A stretch of 62,481 nt of DNA, the filler included, from Collodictyon triciliatum (Eukaryota): the NCBI GenBank assembly GCA_043381765.1. It is 6 parts of 6 records of this genome, joined end to end, with 100 filler letters (N's around TTAATTAATTAA, not from the genome) between each part and the next. Parts side by side here need not be neighbours in the genome. Positions count along the whole stretch, not along the records: positions 28,628 to 38,012 come from JBHJMP010000245.1; positions 38,113 to 45,565 come from JBHJMP010000246.1; positions 45,666 to 55,810 come from JBHJMP010000248.1; positions 55,911 to 62,481 come from JBHJMP010000249.1; 2 more parts are not named here. The stretch is one strand, 5' to 3'. Below, piece after piece: positions 37,611-62,481 of this stretch. The position numbers and the translations under genes were made by a program. Numbering within the stretch: the stretch's first letter is position 1; the number at the start of each line of letters is the position of its first letter. The notes under the pieces are model-generated. The model had not been told where the DNA came from. It did not search any database and saw nothing but the letters and a program-made list of their open reading frames with translations.

Positions 37611-38012
37611 TCTTGGCTCCGCTACACAGATCGAAAATAAGAAAACTCTGAGGTTGTGACGCAGCGACGTTTTGTGATCAGCTTGCCAAAAGCTAGCTGC
37701 ATTTTTTTCCGTGATTTTCCTCTTTATCTCCTCTATTCCATTGTTGTGCTTAGTCTTCTTCTCTTTTCTTTTTGTCTTTTTGTTTTTGTGTCTTTTCTTT
37801 TGTCTTTTAGGGTCTTTTAAGGGTCTTTTTGGAGTTTTTTTTGTTTTGTTTTTTTTTGTTTTTTATGTTTTTTATGTTTTTTGTTTTTGTCTTTTGTTTT
37901 GTTTTTGTTTTTTTGTTTTTTGTTTTTTTTGTTTTTTTGTTTTTTTGTTTTTTTGTTTTTTTGTTTTTTGTTTTTTGTTTTTTGTTTTTTTTTGTTTTTT
38001 TTGTTTTTTTTT

Positions 38013-38112
38013 NNNNNNNNNNNNNNNNNNNNNNNNNNNNNNNNNNNNNNNNNNNNTTAATTAATTAANNNNNNNNNNNNNNNNNNNNNNNNNNNNNNNN
38101 NNNNNNNNNNNN
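38013..38112. other. Synthetic contig-join linker
   Basis: TTAATTAATTAA at 38057-38068 flanked by 44 N on each side. Confidence 0.97.
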
Positions 38113-38217
38113 TTTCGTGCGTGCTGCTTTCATGAGTGCAAACAATACACTTGCTATTTATTTATTTTATGGAAAAAAAAAAGTCACTCTCTTTTACAGT
38201 TGAAGAGCACAAAGACG

Positions 38218-43963
<5,746 letters not shown>

Positions 43964-44442
43964 CCCTCTTCTCTTCCCTTTCTCACTCCTCTTTCTGCCC
44001 TCAAAACCACACAAAGCCACTGGCGTAACATACGAACATTAGGCAGAATTTTATACAAAAATAAAGTGACAACGCGCACAACCAACTACAATCCTGTGTG
44101 TAGTCAAAGTAAATCCGATCCCACAATGAAACGTCGCTTGTGTATGCAAAGTCCCACCCCCTACAAAACCCAAATAGGAGCAGAAATATTCGTCCCATCC
44201 GACTGTACTCCTTTCCACTCCTCTCGAGATTATTCATGGGCCAGTGCACAAGAAAGGACTTAAAACTTTTAACAAAAAAAAAAAAAAAAAAAAACAAAAT
44301 GAAAATGAGCCTACAGAAATCACACACCTATTGACTGAGAACGCGCCAAAGCGGCTCTAGCTCTTCGCTCTAACAAGTGCTTTATCCACGCTACTTACGC
44401 CTTTCACCATATGTCTTCTATCTTTTATGGTGCTTCGCACAG

Positions 44443-45565
44443 ATGGCTCGCTTCTCAAAGTCTCTCCTGGCTGCATGCCTCATCCTCGTGGCTGTTTCTC
44501 TGGCCGCCGCACTGCCCACCAAGTAGACTCTTACTTTCTCCCTGTTTTTCTTTCAGCCGCTCTTTGTATTCTTTTTCGCCTCCTACTACTTTGTGAGCCC
44601 CATTTTTTGACTTTTGATTATTTTTTTCTCTTTATTCTTTCTGTGCATAGAGAGCGCGCCTGTCCCACAAATCCGCGTGGGCCTGGAAAATACACTGCCA
44701 CACTTCGTTTTGACGGAGACAACAGGTTACTTTTTATTTTGAACATTAATTAAGACTCTGAACTGTGTTTTGCGTCTCTTGTGCTGCAGTATAATTGTAA
44801 CAAATCTTGACATTTACAATCAACTCACTCAACAAAAAATGAAGGAGAGAATAATGGCTCAATTACTTTCTGGAATAGGGACTACATCCTCTATGTGCCC
44901 TCCACCTACCCAGGCTTCCATAGCCGTGGAACCCCTGTTCCTCTTTTCTTCGCTGTAAGTGATTCATCGCCACCAAGATTTAGAGAAAATAATATCGCAA
45001 TTCTATTAATGGATCACCGCTTGTTATTCTGCTATGATTTTCAACATGAAAAGTAGTTTTTTTTCACAAACAAACAAACAAATAAACAAAATATTAAAGT
45101 AAAATTTATATGCTATTTGAATTGTTATACATGAATGGCAGCAAATCTTCCGATTGTTGCTCGTTTTTATCTGACCCTTTGATCAATATGCCACACCATA
45201 GCTTCATGGACACAGCAATCCTATCGCAGACTTCTTCACAAACACAGGGGTGCAAAAAATGGCCGAGGAAAATAACGGAACCATCGTCATTGTCCCAGCT
45301 GGCCACCTTGCCTCATGGAACGGAGGAGCATGCTGCCCAACCGCGGTATGCAAATGAATTACAATACTCCTAATTATATACATTTATATATTTTAAAAAG
45401 AAAACGCTAAATATGTCACCTCTACATCAATTTATGAGCCAGTCGTTAACTCGAGGGTTCTTTTCTAAATGACACAGACATTCCTCAACAAAAATGATGT
45501 TGGCTTCATCCGCGAGCTGGCCAGAATTGTTGCTGCTGAGTTTTGCATTGACGCTGGGCGCATTT
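44443..45565 (+). CDS. Secreted LpqC / PHB-depolymerase-like alpha/beta-hydrolase esterase, 3'-partial
   Basis: Signal peptide MARFSKSLLAACLILVAVSLAAALP. Spliced RDYILYVPSTY..PVPLFFA|LHG..GTIVIVPAG..SWNGGACC..NDVGFIRELARIVAAEFCIDAGRI, cut by the linker just before the expected GxSNG nucleophile motif. Confidence 0.8.
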
Positions 45566-45665
45566 NNNNNNNNNNNNNNNNNNNNNNNNNNNNNNNNNNN
45601 NNNNNNNNNTTAATTAATTAANNNNNNNNNNNNNNNNNNNNNNNNNNNNNNNNNNNNNNNNNNNN
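45566..45665. other. Synthetic contig-join linker
   Basis: TTAATTAATTAA at 45610-45621. It cuts the esterase exon mid-codon. Confidence 0.97.
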
Positions 45666-45935
45666 GTTTTTTTGTTTTTTTGTTTTTTTGTTTTTTTGTT
45701 TTTTTGTTTTTTTGTTTTTTTGTTTTTTTGTTTTTTTGTTTTCTTGTTTTCTTGTTTTTTTGTTTCTTTGTTTTTTTGTTTTTTGTTTGTGTTTGTTTTT
45801 GTTTTGATACTGCGTCGGCACTCACAAAACCCTAGATTATTCCTTTATTTTCAACACAACTCAAACAAAAGAAGAGGCAAGACTATAAAAACCAAAACAC
45901 ACCACATGTGGAAAGAGAAGGTCAGTTCCATTAGA

Positions 45936-50939
<5,004 letters not shown>

Positions 50940-51544
50940 TAATTAGCAGCGACAGGGCATAAAGCAGGGTGAAGCGGCGGCCGTGGAGTGGCGAATGGGC
51001 ACGGCTAAAGGGACCACGTCGTTGCCTCTTGGGACGCTGGCGATTCGAGGATTTGGTTTGGGTAAGGAAAAAAGGAAGCCCAGGTACAATCGAAGTAGAG
51101 TTGTTGTCTTATTCTCCTTGCCGCTGTGTTTTCCTCTTGCTTGCCCAAGTCCAGGCAGGCGTCGCGTTGGCTCTTTCGCAAGCGCGGCAAGGAAGTGGTG
51201 TTCGCTGCTTCGCTGTTGATTTAGGCTCGGTTCTTTGCACCTCGTCTACCTGTCCATGCCAGGAAAGGCATGTTCTAGCCAAGTATCGGACAAGTCATGA
51301 CATATGCAGATCCCAACGATTTCCAAAAGAGGCGCATCTAATTGTGGCGATGGGGTATCCAACGCGCTCTTCTGCACAGCGGAGTGGACAGGTGGAGCGA
51401 CCACACGCCACGCTGGCTGCCTGCGCAGAACTCGGGCACAGGCACACTAAACTCCGGACGAGCCCGAAAGTGTTTCTCTGTTGGGTGGTGCTTGCGCGCA
51501 GCATATGCACCCGGAATATTTTATTCGGTTTTTCGGCTGTGCGC

Positions 51545-55702
<4,158 letters not shown>

Positions 55703-55708
55703 CTACGC

Positions 55709-55810
55709 GTGTGTGTTTTGTGTGTTTTGTGTGTTTTGTGTGTTTTGTGTGTTTTGTGTGTTTTGTGTGTTTTGTGTGTTTTGTGTGTTTTGTGTGTTTT
55801 GTGTGTTTTG
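55709..55810. repeat. (GTGTGTTTT)n repeat at the contig end
   Basis: Directly visible. Confidence 0.95.
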
Positions 55811-55910
55811 NNNNNNNNNNNNNNNNNNNNNNNNNNNNNNNNNNNNNNNNNNNNTTAATTAATTAANNNNNNNNNNNNNNNNNNNNNNNNNNNNNNNNNN
55901 NNNNNNNNNN
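55811..55910. other. Synthetic contig-join linker
   Basis: TTAATTAATTAA at 55855-55866. Confidence 0.97.
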
Positions 55911-55948
55911 AAATAAAGAGAAGGAAAAAGAAAAGAAAAAAAAAAAAG

Positions 55949-55999
<51 letters not shown>

Positions 56000-56106
56000 C
56001 ACACAGAAAAAAAAAATGGATTTTCGAATTAGACTATAAGAACTTCGAGTGAATCTTAAATAGTGGTAGATTAAAATCACGGAAATTAAACAAGTAAAAA
56101 GGAGAC

Positions 56107-56931
56107 CGTTTTCATCATGTTGCCTCGAGGGCTCGGCTGGTTCCCTGTAGTAAAAGCAAATGAGCTCGACCGCTCTTGGTTGCTTCGTAATCTATAGTTT
56201 TTTGGGTGATAATTATTATTTAACGAAAGGGGGGTTTGTCTGGATTATCGTATCTTATTGATTATCTAATCTTGTTTGGTAAAAGGAAAAGGCATGCAAT
56301 TACGATAAGTCTTCCATTTGTCCGAGAATACTGACTTTCTTGCCCTGTTTTACCATCGTTAAATGAATATGTATGATGTAAAACACGGATTTTTCGCACA
56401 CACAAGATACTGGATTATGCATATACGGAGCGATTCATTTCTCGAAAATATGGGGAAGTAAATCTTTGAAACTAATCGGACAAACAGTATAGTTTGATGA
56501 ATTTTGAATTCGAGAGCCCCATTCAAGAGCTGAATTGTGGTCATTCATCACCAACGCAATGCAATCAGTTGTTGTATGTATGACGAGTTCAGCTTGCCCT
56601 TCGTTCAACTGTATAATGTTTTTATTAAAAAAAAAAAAAAAAACATCAGATTACTAATAGGATGCCTGGTCTTTGATTCCAACCTCAATTCGTGTGCAAT
56701 TCCGGAGGAGAATAGAGCTTTTTGGTTCAGTCTCCTGAATAAAAGCATTCGATAATTTATCATGGTTAGATTTATGTAACATTCAGCATGACTGGTACAC
56801 CATCAAATGCTATGACTAAGGATGGTTCCTATATTGGAATTGTGTCTAGAACCTCTGCTTTATCAAAAATCTTGAGCGTGTCGTTATCAGCCACAGCCCA
56901 TATATTTCTTGTTCCGGTAATTGTCTTCATC

Positions 56932-56966
<35 letters not shown>

Positions 56967-57017
56967 AAAAAAAAAAAAATATAAAAAATTTTTTTTTTTT
57001 AAATTTAATTTTTTTTA

Positions 57018-57048
<31 letters not shown>

Positions 57049-57811
57049 TAAAAAAAAAAAAAAAGGAAGGCAAGGTACAATTCACCAAAGTGAACTATCA
57101 TAATGATGAATTTATACTATGCTGGTGAATTATTAAGAATATCCTACTTGGATGTATCCTGTCAGTTTGGATCTTACGTCCGTCAATCGCCTTTGCGCCT
57201 GAAGAAAGGGTGAACCGCTCGGACTGTCAACTGGTAAGGTAAGTTTCTTTTCCATAGTTATTGTTGATTGGTTTGACTCATCGGGGTAGTTATCATATTC
57301 AAGAGGGGTTTTGCTGGGCAGTGTCTGTGTTGATTGCAAAGATGCATTTATTTTATGGGCAAGATAATAGAGGGAATTGAAGAACTATGACTATGAATGC
57401 GATGAATGAACCATTAATAAGATTGTTATAATAAGACATGTACCTCGACTAAACGAGCCATCATAATTGAAAGTATGTTGGAATCGATCACATTTTGGAC
57501 AAAGGAATGTTCATTCATGAATCTGTTCACTGTTTCAGCGATAGACAAGTGCAGAATCGAATGATTTGTGCGCAGGAAATACGATACCAAAGAGCAGTAT
57601 ACCTCGTCACTATGGTAACATGAATGTCAAATATTTATTTCTCTTAAATCATATATTACTTTTTTTGCTCAAGTATATTCACTGCCTCTTTTTTTTTTTT
57701 TTAGAAAAGAANNNNNNNNNNNNNNNNNNNNNNNNNNNNNNNNNNNNNNNNNNNNNNNNNNNNNNNNNNNNNNNNNNNNNNNNNNNNNNNNNNNNNNNNN
57801 NNNNNNNNNNN

Positions 57812-57877
<66 letters not shown>

Positions 57878-60800
57878 AGGGAGGGAGGGAGAGGGAGAGA
57901 GAAGAAAAAATCAAGTAAAAGCGGCAAAATATTTTACTTTGATGATTTCCTGAAATAGTCCGTAACTAAAAGGCGGCTTGTGGAGAATAGATTAAGGTAA
58001 GAGGATAATGACAGGCTGGATATTAGGTCGGGTGTCGCCTAAATGAGCATGTATTACATCATCGAAAGGTATAAATAAATTATATTCAGCCCTTCAAAAA
58101 AAGCAAAATCAGGGGAGATGAAAAATGAACTATATACCCCTTGAATTATAAGGTAGCTGTCATCAACGGGGATGTGCATTAGGTAGGCCATTATTACGTC
58201 CAAATTCTATCCACATATATTTTCAATAGGTAGATAAATCATTTTAAGTATTAACTCTAATATTAGTACAAAGCCGTTTGGTAGATGATTATCAGAACAC
58301 ATGGTGTGACTATATAAAATGTACATAATAGCGTCAGTGCTAAATGAAATATGAACTTGTTTGTGTTCTGAGTCCAGTATTTCCCTTTTTTCGCAGTACC
58401 TAAGAAGTTCAAGAGAGATATCAGCTCACACGCAAGCTCTGGTGCTTGTCTTGAAAATTTATATTATAAAATGTCTGGAATTTTCCTTCTGGTTACATGA
58501 TATCATCACGAACCATTGAAGTGTCTGTTGTTCATTCATACCGCCATCTAGAAAACTCGATACATAAATGGACATTTGTCTCTCAAATTTGGACGGGTCT
58601 CCTGTGATGAGATTTAACGAAAGGTAAGGAATGCTGGATGAAACGATAATAAAAAATAAAAATAAAAATAAAAAAGAGTAGAATTTCCGATTCTATCAGT
58701 ATTAAAATCATGAAAGAAGTAAAGTGTTTGAATGAAAAAAGATTTTAAAGATTTTTCCTTTATTCAATTTAAAGATTTTTTATTCTTCCTTTCAATTTTG
58801 TGCAAAGAAAATATTTTAGGATCAATAAGTTAATTAATATATATATATATATATAAAAGACAAAACTAGGTGGATAAAATCTTTCAAGTAACTTACTCTG
58901 TCGGGCAAGCTCTTTCATTTCTTGAATGATGTCGAAAAAGTTTTCAGGAAGCTCCGGCTCTGAAATTAAGGTGAAAATTACATGATTAATGAATAGAGCT
59001 AGAAATTTGTGTTCATGTGATAAAGTTCTGAATAAATGTAACAGTTGGTTACTATTAATAAGATTGTATCATTCTGTTGCCTACCTTGTGGATTGCTCTT
59101 GTAGTCCACTAAGTAAGTTAATGATTTTTGAAGAGCCTATGGGGAAGGAAAAAAGTCGATAATGGAAAGGGGGAGAAGGTACTTAGAGAACAATCCAATT
59201 ATTACAGCATATGGAGATATAAATAAGTCGTTTAAATGAACGCAGTTGTGAGATTGGCTTGACAATCCAATAAATAACTAACACTATTAGTATGATAGAA
59301 AACAAAATATAAAGCCCATAAAATTAATTTATACAATCAAACAGCGACGAGGGAATGGTCTGAGATGAAATGATGAGTAGCACCAGCGATAAAACTCTTC
59401 GTCCTCTCTGTTGTATTCAGTCCCATTTCATAGATAAGTTTCCAAATGATGATTTTTATAGATTTTTTATAAGGCAATTTATTATAATGAAAGCCAAAAA
59501 TTAACAGTTGCAAACTCTAAATTCTGAAGTTTCCGTTGCAAGTCAGTTAGATTGTATGTTGCAGAAGTCGGCTGTATGCTCTCGATCATCACATCAAACT
59601 GACTCATGATACCTGACGTGCATTTTGCCGGGAAAATGATAGACTTATTTCAACTGATGGAAGAGGTAGATTTTTGAATGGCATGCAAGGTAGGTATTTC
59701 ATTTTGGCTCTGGGTTTTTGCATGGTATTATACTTCCACTGTTATCGGGCTTTTTCAACGTAAGTGTTACAATGTGGGCACCATTCCCGAGTGGCGGAAG
59801 GTCTTACGAAAATGAATGGAATTGATAAGTTATTTATAGACAATCAAGTTTTGTTTATATCATTTTGAATTGAATAAAGGGGGAAAAGTTTTGTTTATAT
59901 CAACAACTGGACACATTATGGAGGATAAATTTGAATCGAATAAATGAAGGGAGAAACCATTTTAGAGCACATGGCAGTATATGAAAAAAAAAAAAAAAAC
60001 GACATGTAAGGAATTCAGTAAATGTGTTTTTTGATTGGTCGTATGTTAAAAACGTTACATTGTCTCGACATAACAGCGAATCCAAATGATTCATCTGATG
60101 TCGTAGCGCATATCTACAGTCCGTTTATGTGTAAGCGTAAGGATAAAAAAATGTTATGTATATATTAGGTTACCTTCCAACATGTCCACTTTCCTACGTC
60201 TTCTAATAGGGTATGTTTTTTTGCATGGCTAGATGAAAGGACGATGCGGCAGGGTCCTTGTATCTTTTTTTTAAAAAAAATTGATAATCTTGTTATTATT
60301 CTTAACTTGTAATGATTTTGAAGACTGATATTGTCGAATGCCTTCACGTTTGTGCTTGATTTCTTATATGAAGGCTTAATCAGTATATTGCAAAATATAA
60401 TCATAATTCGAGTTACCAAAGAGCGCAACTTTTCTTCTGCATAGCTCCTGAAAAACTCGATATCAAAGCGTCCCAGTTTCGGAGGAATCCAAGATGCAAC
60501 AGACATCTTCAAAAGTGATCCGTCTTTCGTATGCAAATATATATAATGATTTCACAAGAATATGGAGTTTAAATGAGGGCGTGTAATGCACTGGCAGGAA
60601 ATATCACATAATGGGAAATGTTCAATCCTGATTTGGCTATGAAATATATACCTGAATTTTTAAATGTCCCTTGTTGTAGCCCAGTCAATGTATACTGGCT
60701 AGGCAGAAATATACTGTAGTCCATATATGCAAGCTGTTGCCAGCTGATTGGATAAAGAGCAGAGTAGCGAAAGCGATATTAATACTTTAAGATTCGTGTC

Positions 60801-60945
60801 GTATTCTTTGATTGATTGACCTTAACGCTATGACTTATAACTTGTTTTTGTTTTAAGATCTAGAAGTTGGCTAATTTCTTATTTCTGCTTGTTTTTTTTT
60901 GTTTTTTTGTTTTTTTTTGTTTTTTTGTTTTTTTTTTTTTTTTTT

Positions 60946-60978
<33 letters not shown>

Positions 60979-62275
60979 NNNNNNNNNNNNNNNNNNNNNN
61001 NNNNNNNNNNNNNNNNNNNNNNNNNNNNNNNNNNNNNNNNNNNNNNNNNNNNNNNNNNNNNNNNNNNNNNNNNNNNNNTTTTGTTTTTTTTTGTTTTTTT
61101 TTTTGTTTTTTTTGTTTTTGTTTTTGTTCTGTTGAAAATGTACCCTGTAGGAAGTTTGTTTTCGACAAAGGCCTTATTTTCTAGACGTGATGCCAGAAAC
61201 TGTACTTTTTCCTTCAAGTTGAGAAAGGGTTACGGATTTTTATATCAACGCTCGTCTTGGTTTTACATAATTATTTGAAGACATTTAGATATATCATAAA
61301 AGAAAAAGTGTAGGTGAGGCGGCTATAGTAGTGTGTTGAAAAAAACATCAAAAATATAAGCTAGAGCGAAAATATATAAATTGTGTGGGATATATCGATG
61401 AATTCGATTAGATTAGTACTATCGCCTCTTGAAAATCACCGAACCAGCTTCGAGCCTCGATCTCGTTTTCACAACACAGAAAATATGTCCTGTCAGTCCT
61501 GACTAAGCTGAGGCAATATATAGTTTTCAAACTCTGGAGTGGCCTGCAATATGGCACTCAGATTTAGATGGTGTTCTTATCATTTTAAGAATGAGAGACT
61601 GTGTAAAATGGTCATGTATACCAGTGAAAGGTGGGTCAAGCACGTGATTACATACAGTAAATGTAAGATACAGAATGCTTCGAGTGATAATGGTGCGTGT
61701 TTCGGTAATCAATTACCTTTCTCCGGCACCCAGTTTGATTTCACTCCCGAGAAGAGGAATTGTTGCAATCACATCCGACTAAAAGAGACAATTATTTAAG
61801 TGGTTAAATGGAGAGCTTAAGGTGAGCAGTGGTGAATTGTTTGTATGGTCGATATAATCCGCACAGGTGTCTCAAAACAAAACAAAAAAAACCAACGTTA
61901 TATGAGGTATAGTATGACAACGACGACTCTGTTAATCTGAACCAACGTTTCTTCCATGATTTTACAACACGCCCTGATTTAGATATAAAAAAAAACTTTG
62001 GTTTCAGTTCCCTTCTTTCCTTTTTTTTTCTTTTATGAAAAAAAAATCATGGATACCAGTATAACTAGTCGAAGAAAAGGATGACTAAAAATACGGCTCA
62101 ATTAGCCACGGTATTCATTTCAAAATGGGGCGGAAGCAAATGTGTTGACGGCAGTATTGAGATATGCAACTTTATTCGTTCAGCAAATATTGAAGAGTTC
62201 TCTCGTATGAGTGGAATAAATAAAGAAACCCTCTTTGAAGAGAAAGCCTTCCCTCAGGATCTGTGGGCTGTCCAT
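56107..62275 (-). CDS. Multi-exon protein with N-terminal and C-terminal PH domains; 3' end uncertain
   Basis: MDSPQILREGFLFKEG|RVVKSWKKRWFRLTESSLSYY..IPLLGSEI..RTYFLCCENEIEARSWFGDF is a canonical PH domain. A second PH-like stretch reads LTGYIQ|MKTITGTRNIWAVADNDTLKIF..PKSSILLRNCTRIE. Several middle exons were not fully phased. Confidence 0.72.
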
Positions 62276-62367
62276 TCCTTCAGCTAGATACTCACATTTG
62301 TTAGTATTTCACTTCCTATTCTTTACCTTTTTACTTTTCTTTCTTTTTCTTTGGCCTTTCTTTTTGT

Positions 62368-62437
62368 TTTGGTTTTTGGTTTTTGGTTTTTGGTTTTTGG
62401 TTTTTGGTTTTTGGTTTTTGGTTTTTGGTTTTTGGTT
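62368..62437. repeat. (TTTTTGG)n repeat
   Basis: Directly visible. Confidence 0.9.
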
Positions 62438-62481
62438 TGTTTTTTTTTTTTTTTTTGGTTTTTTGTTTTTTTTTTTTTTTT

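Noticed and set aside
51430..51480. GGACGAGCCCGAAAG as a hammerhead ribozyme core, and the 212-aa ORF at 50969-51607
   Set aside because: The CUGANGA core and stem II are missing. The ORF has no recognisable motif and overlaps the ACSL 3' end and the IFT57 upstream region.

Overview
Draft-assembly DNA from an intron-rich, flagellated (ciliated) eukaryote, probably a protist, that uses the standard genetic code and has translating mitochondria. It is not one locus. Five synthetic 100-nt linkers (44 N + TTAATTAATTAA + 44 N) join six apparently unrelated contigs, and several genes break off at these joins. Splicing GT-AG exons by hand gives these genes: a FAM166/PYG-repeat ciliary protein (partial), an unknown coiled-coil protein, UNC119, NOP2, MGAT1/GnT-I (partial), an ACSBG-type acyl-CoA ligase (partial), mitochondrial AspRS, an orphan midasin fragment, TRAPPC9/Trs120, a GH47 alpha-1,2-mannosidase, a secreted bacterial-type LpqC/PHB-depolymerase-like esterase (partial), IFT57 with a long N-terminal extension, an ACSL (partial) and a double-PH protein. 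Most supplied ORFs are microsatellite or N-gap artefacts. No tRNA, rRNA, CRISPR array or transposon is supported, and I found no multi-gene novel system. The best leads are the intron-bearing LpqC-like esterase, the extended IFT57, the PH/PsbP-like/PH architecture, and A-rich 3' splice sites that often sit next to TnAn palindromes. All family calls come from recalled motifs, not database searches.
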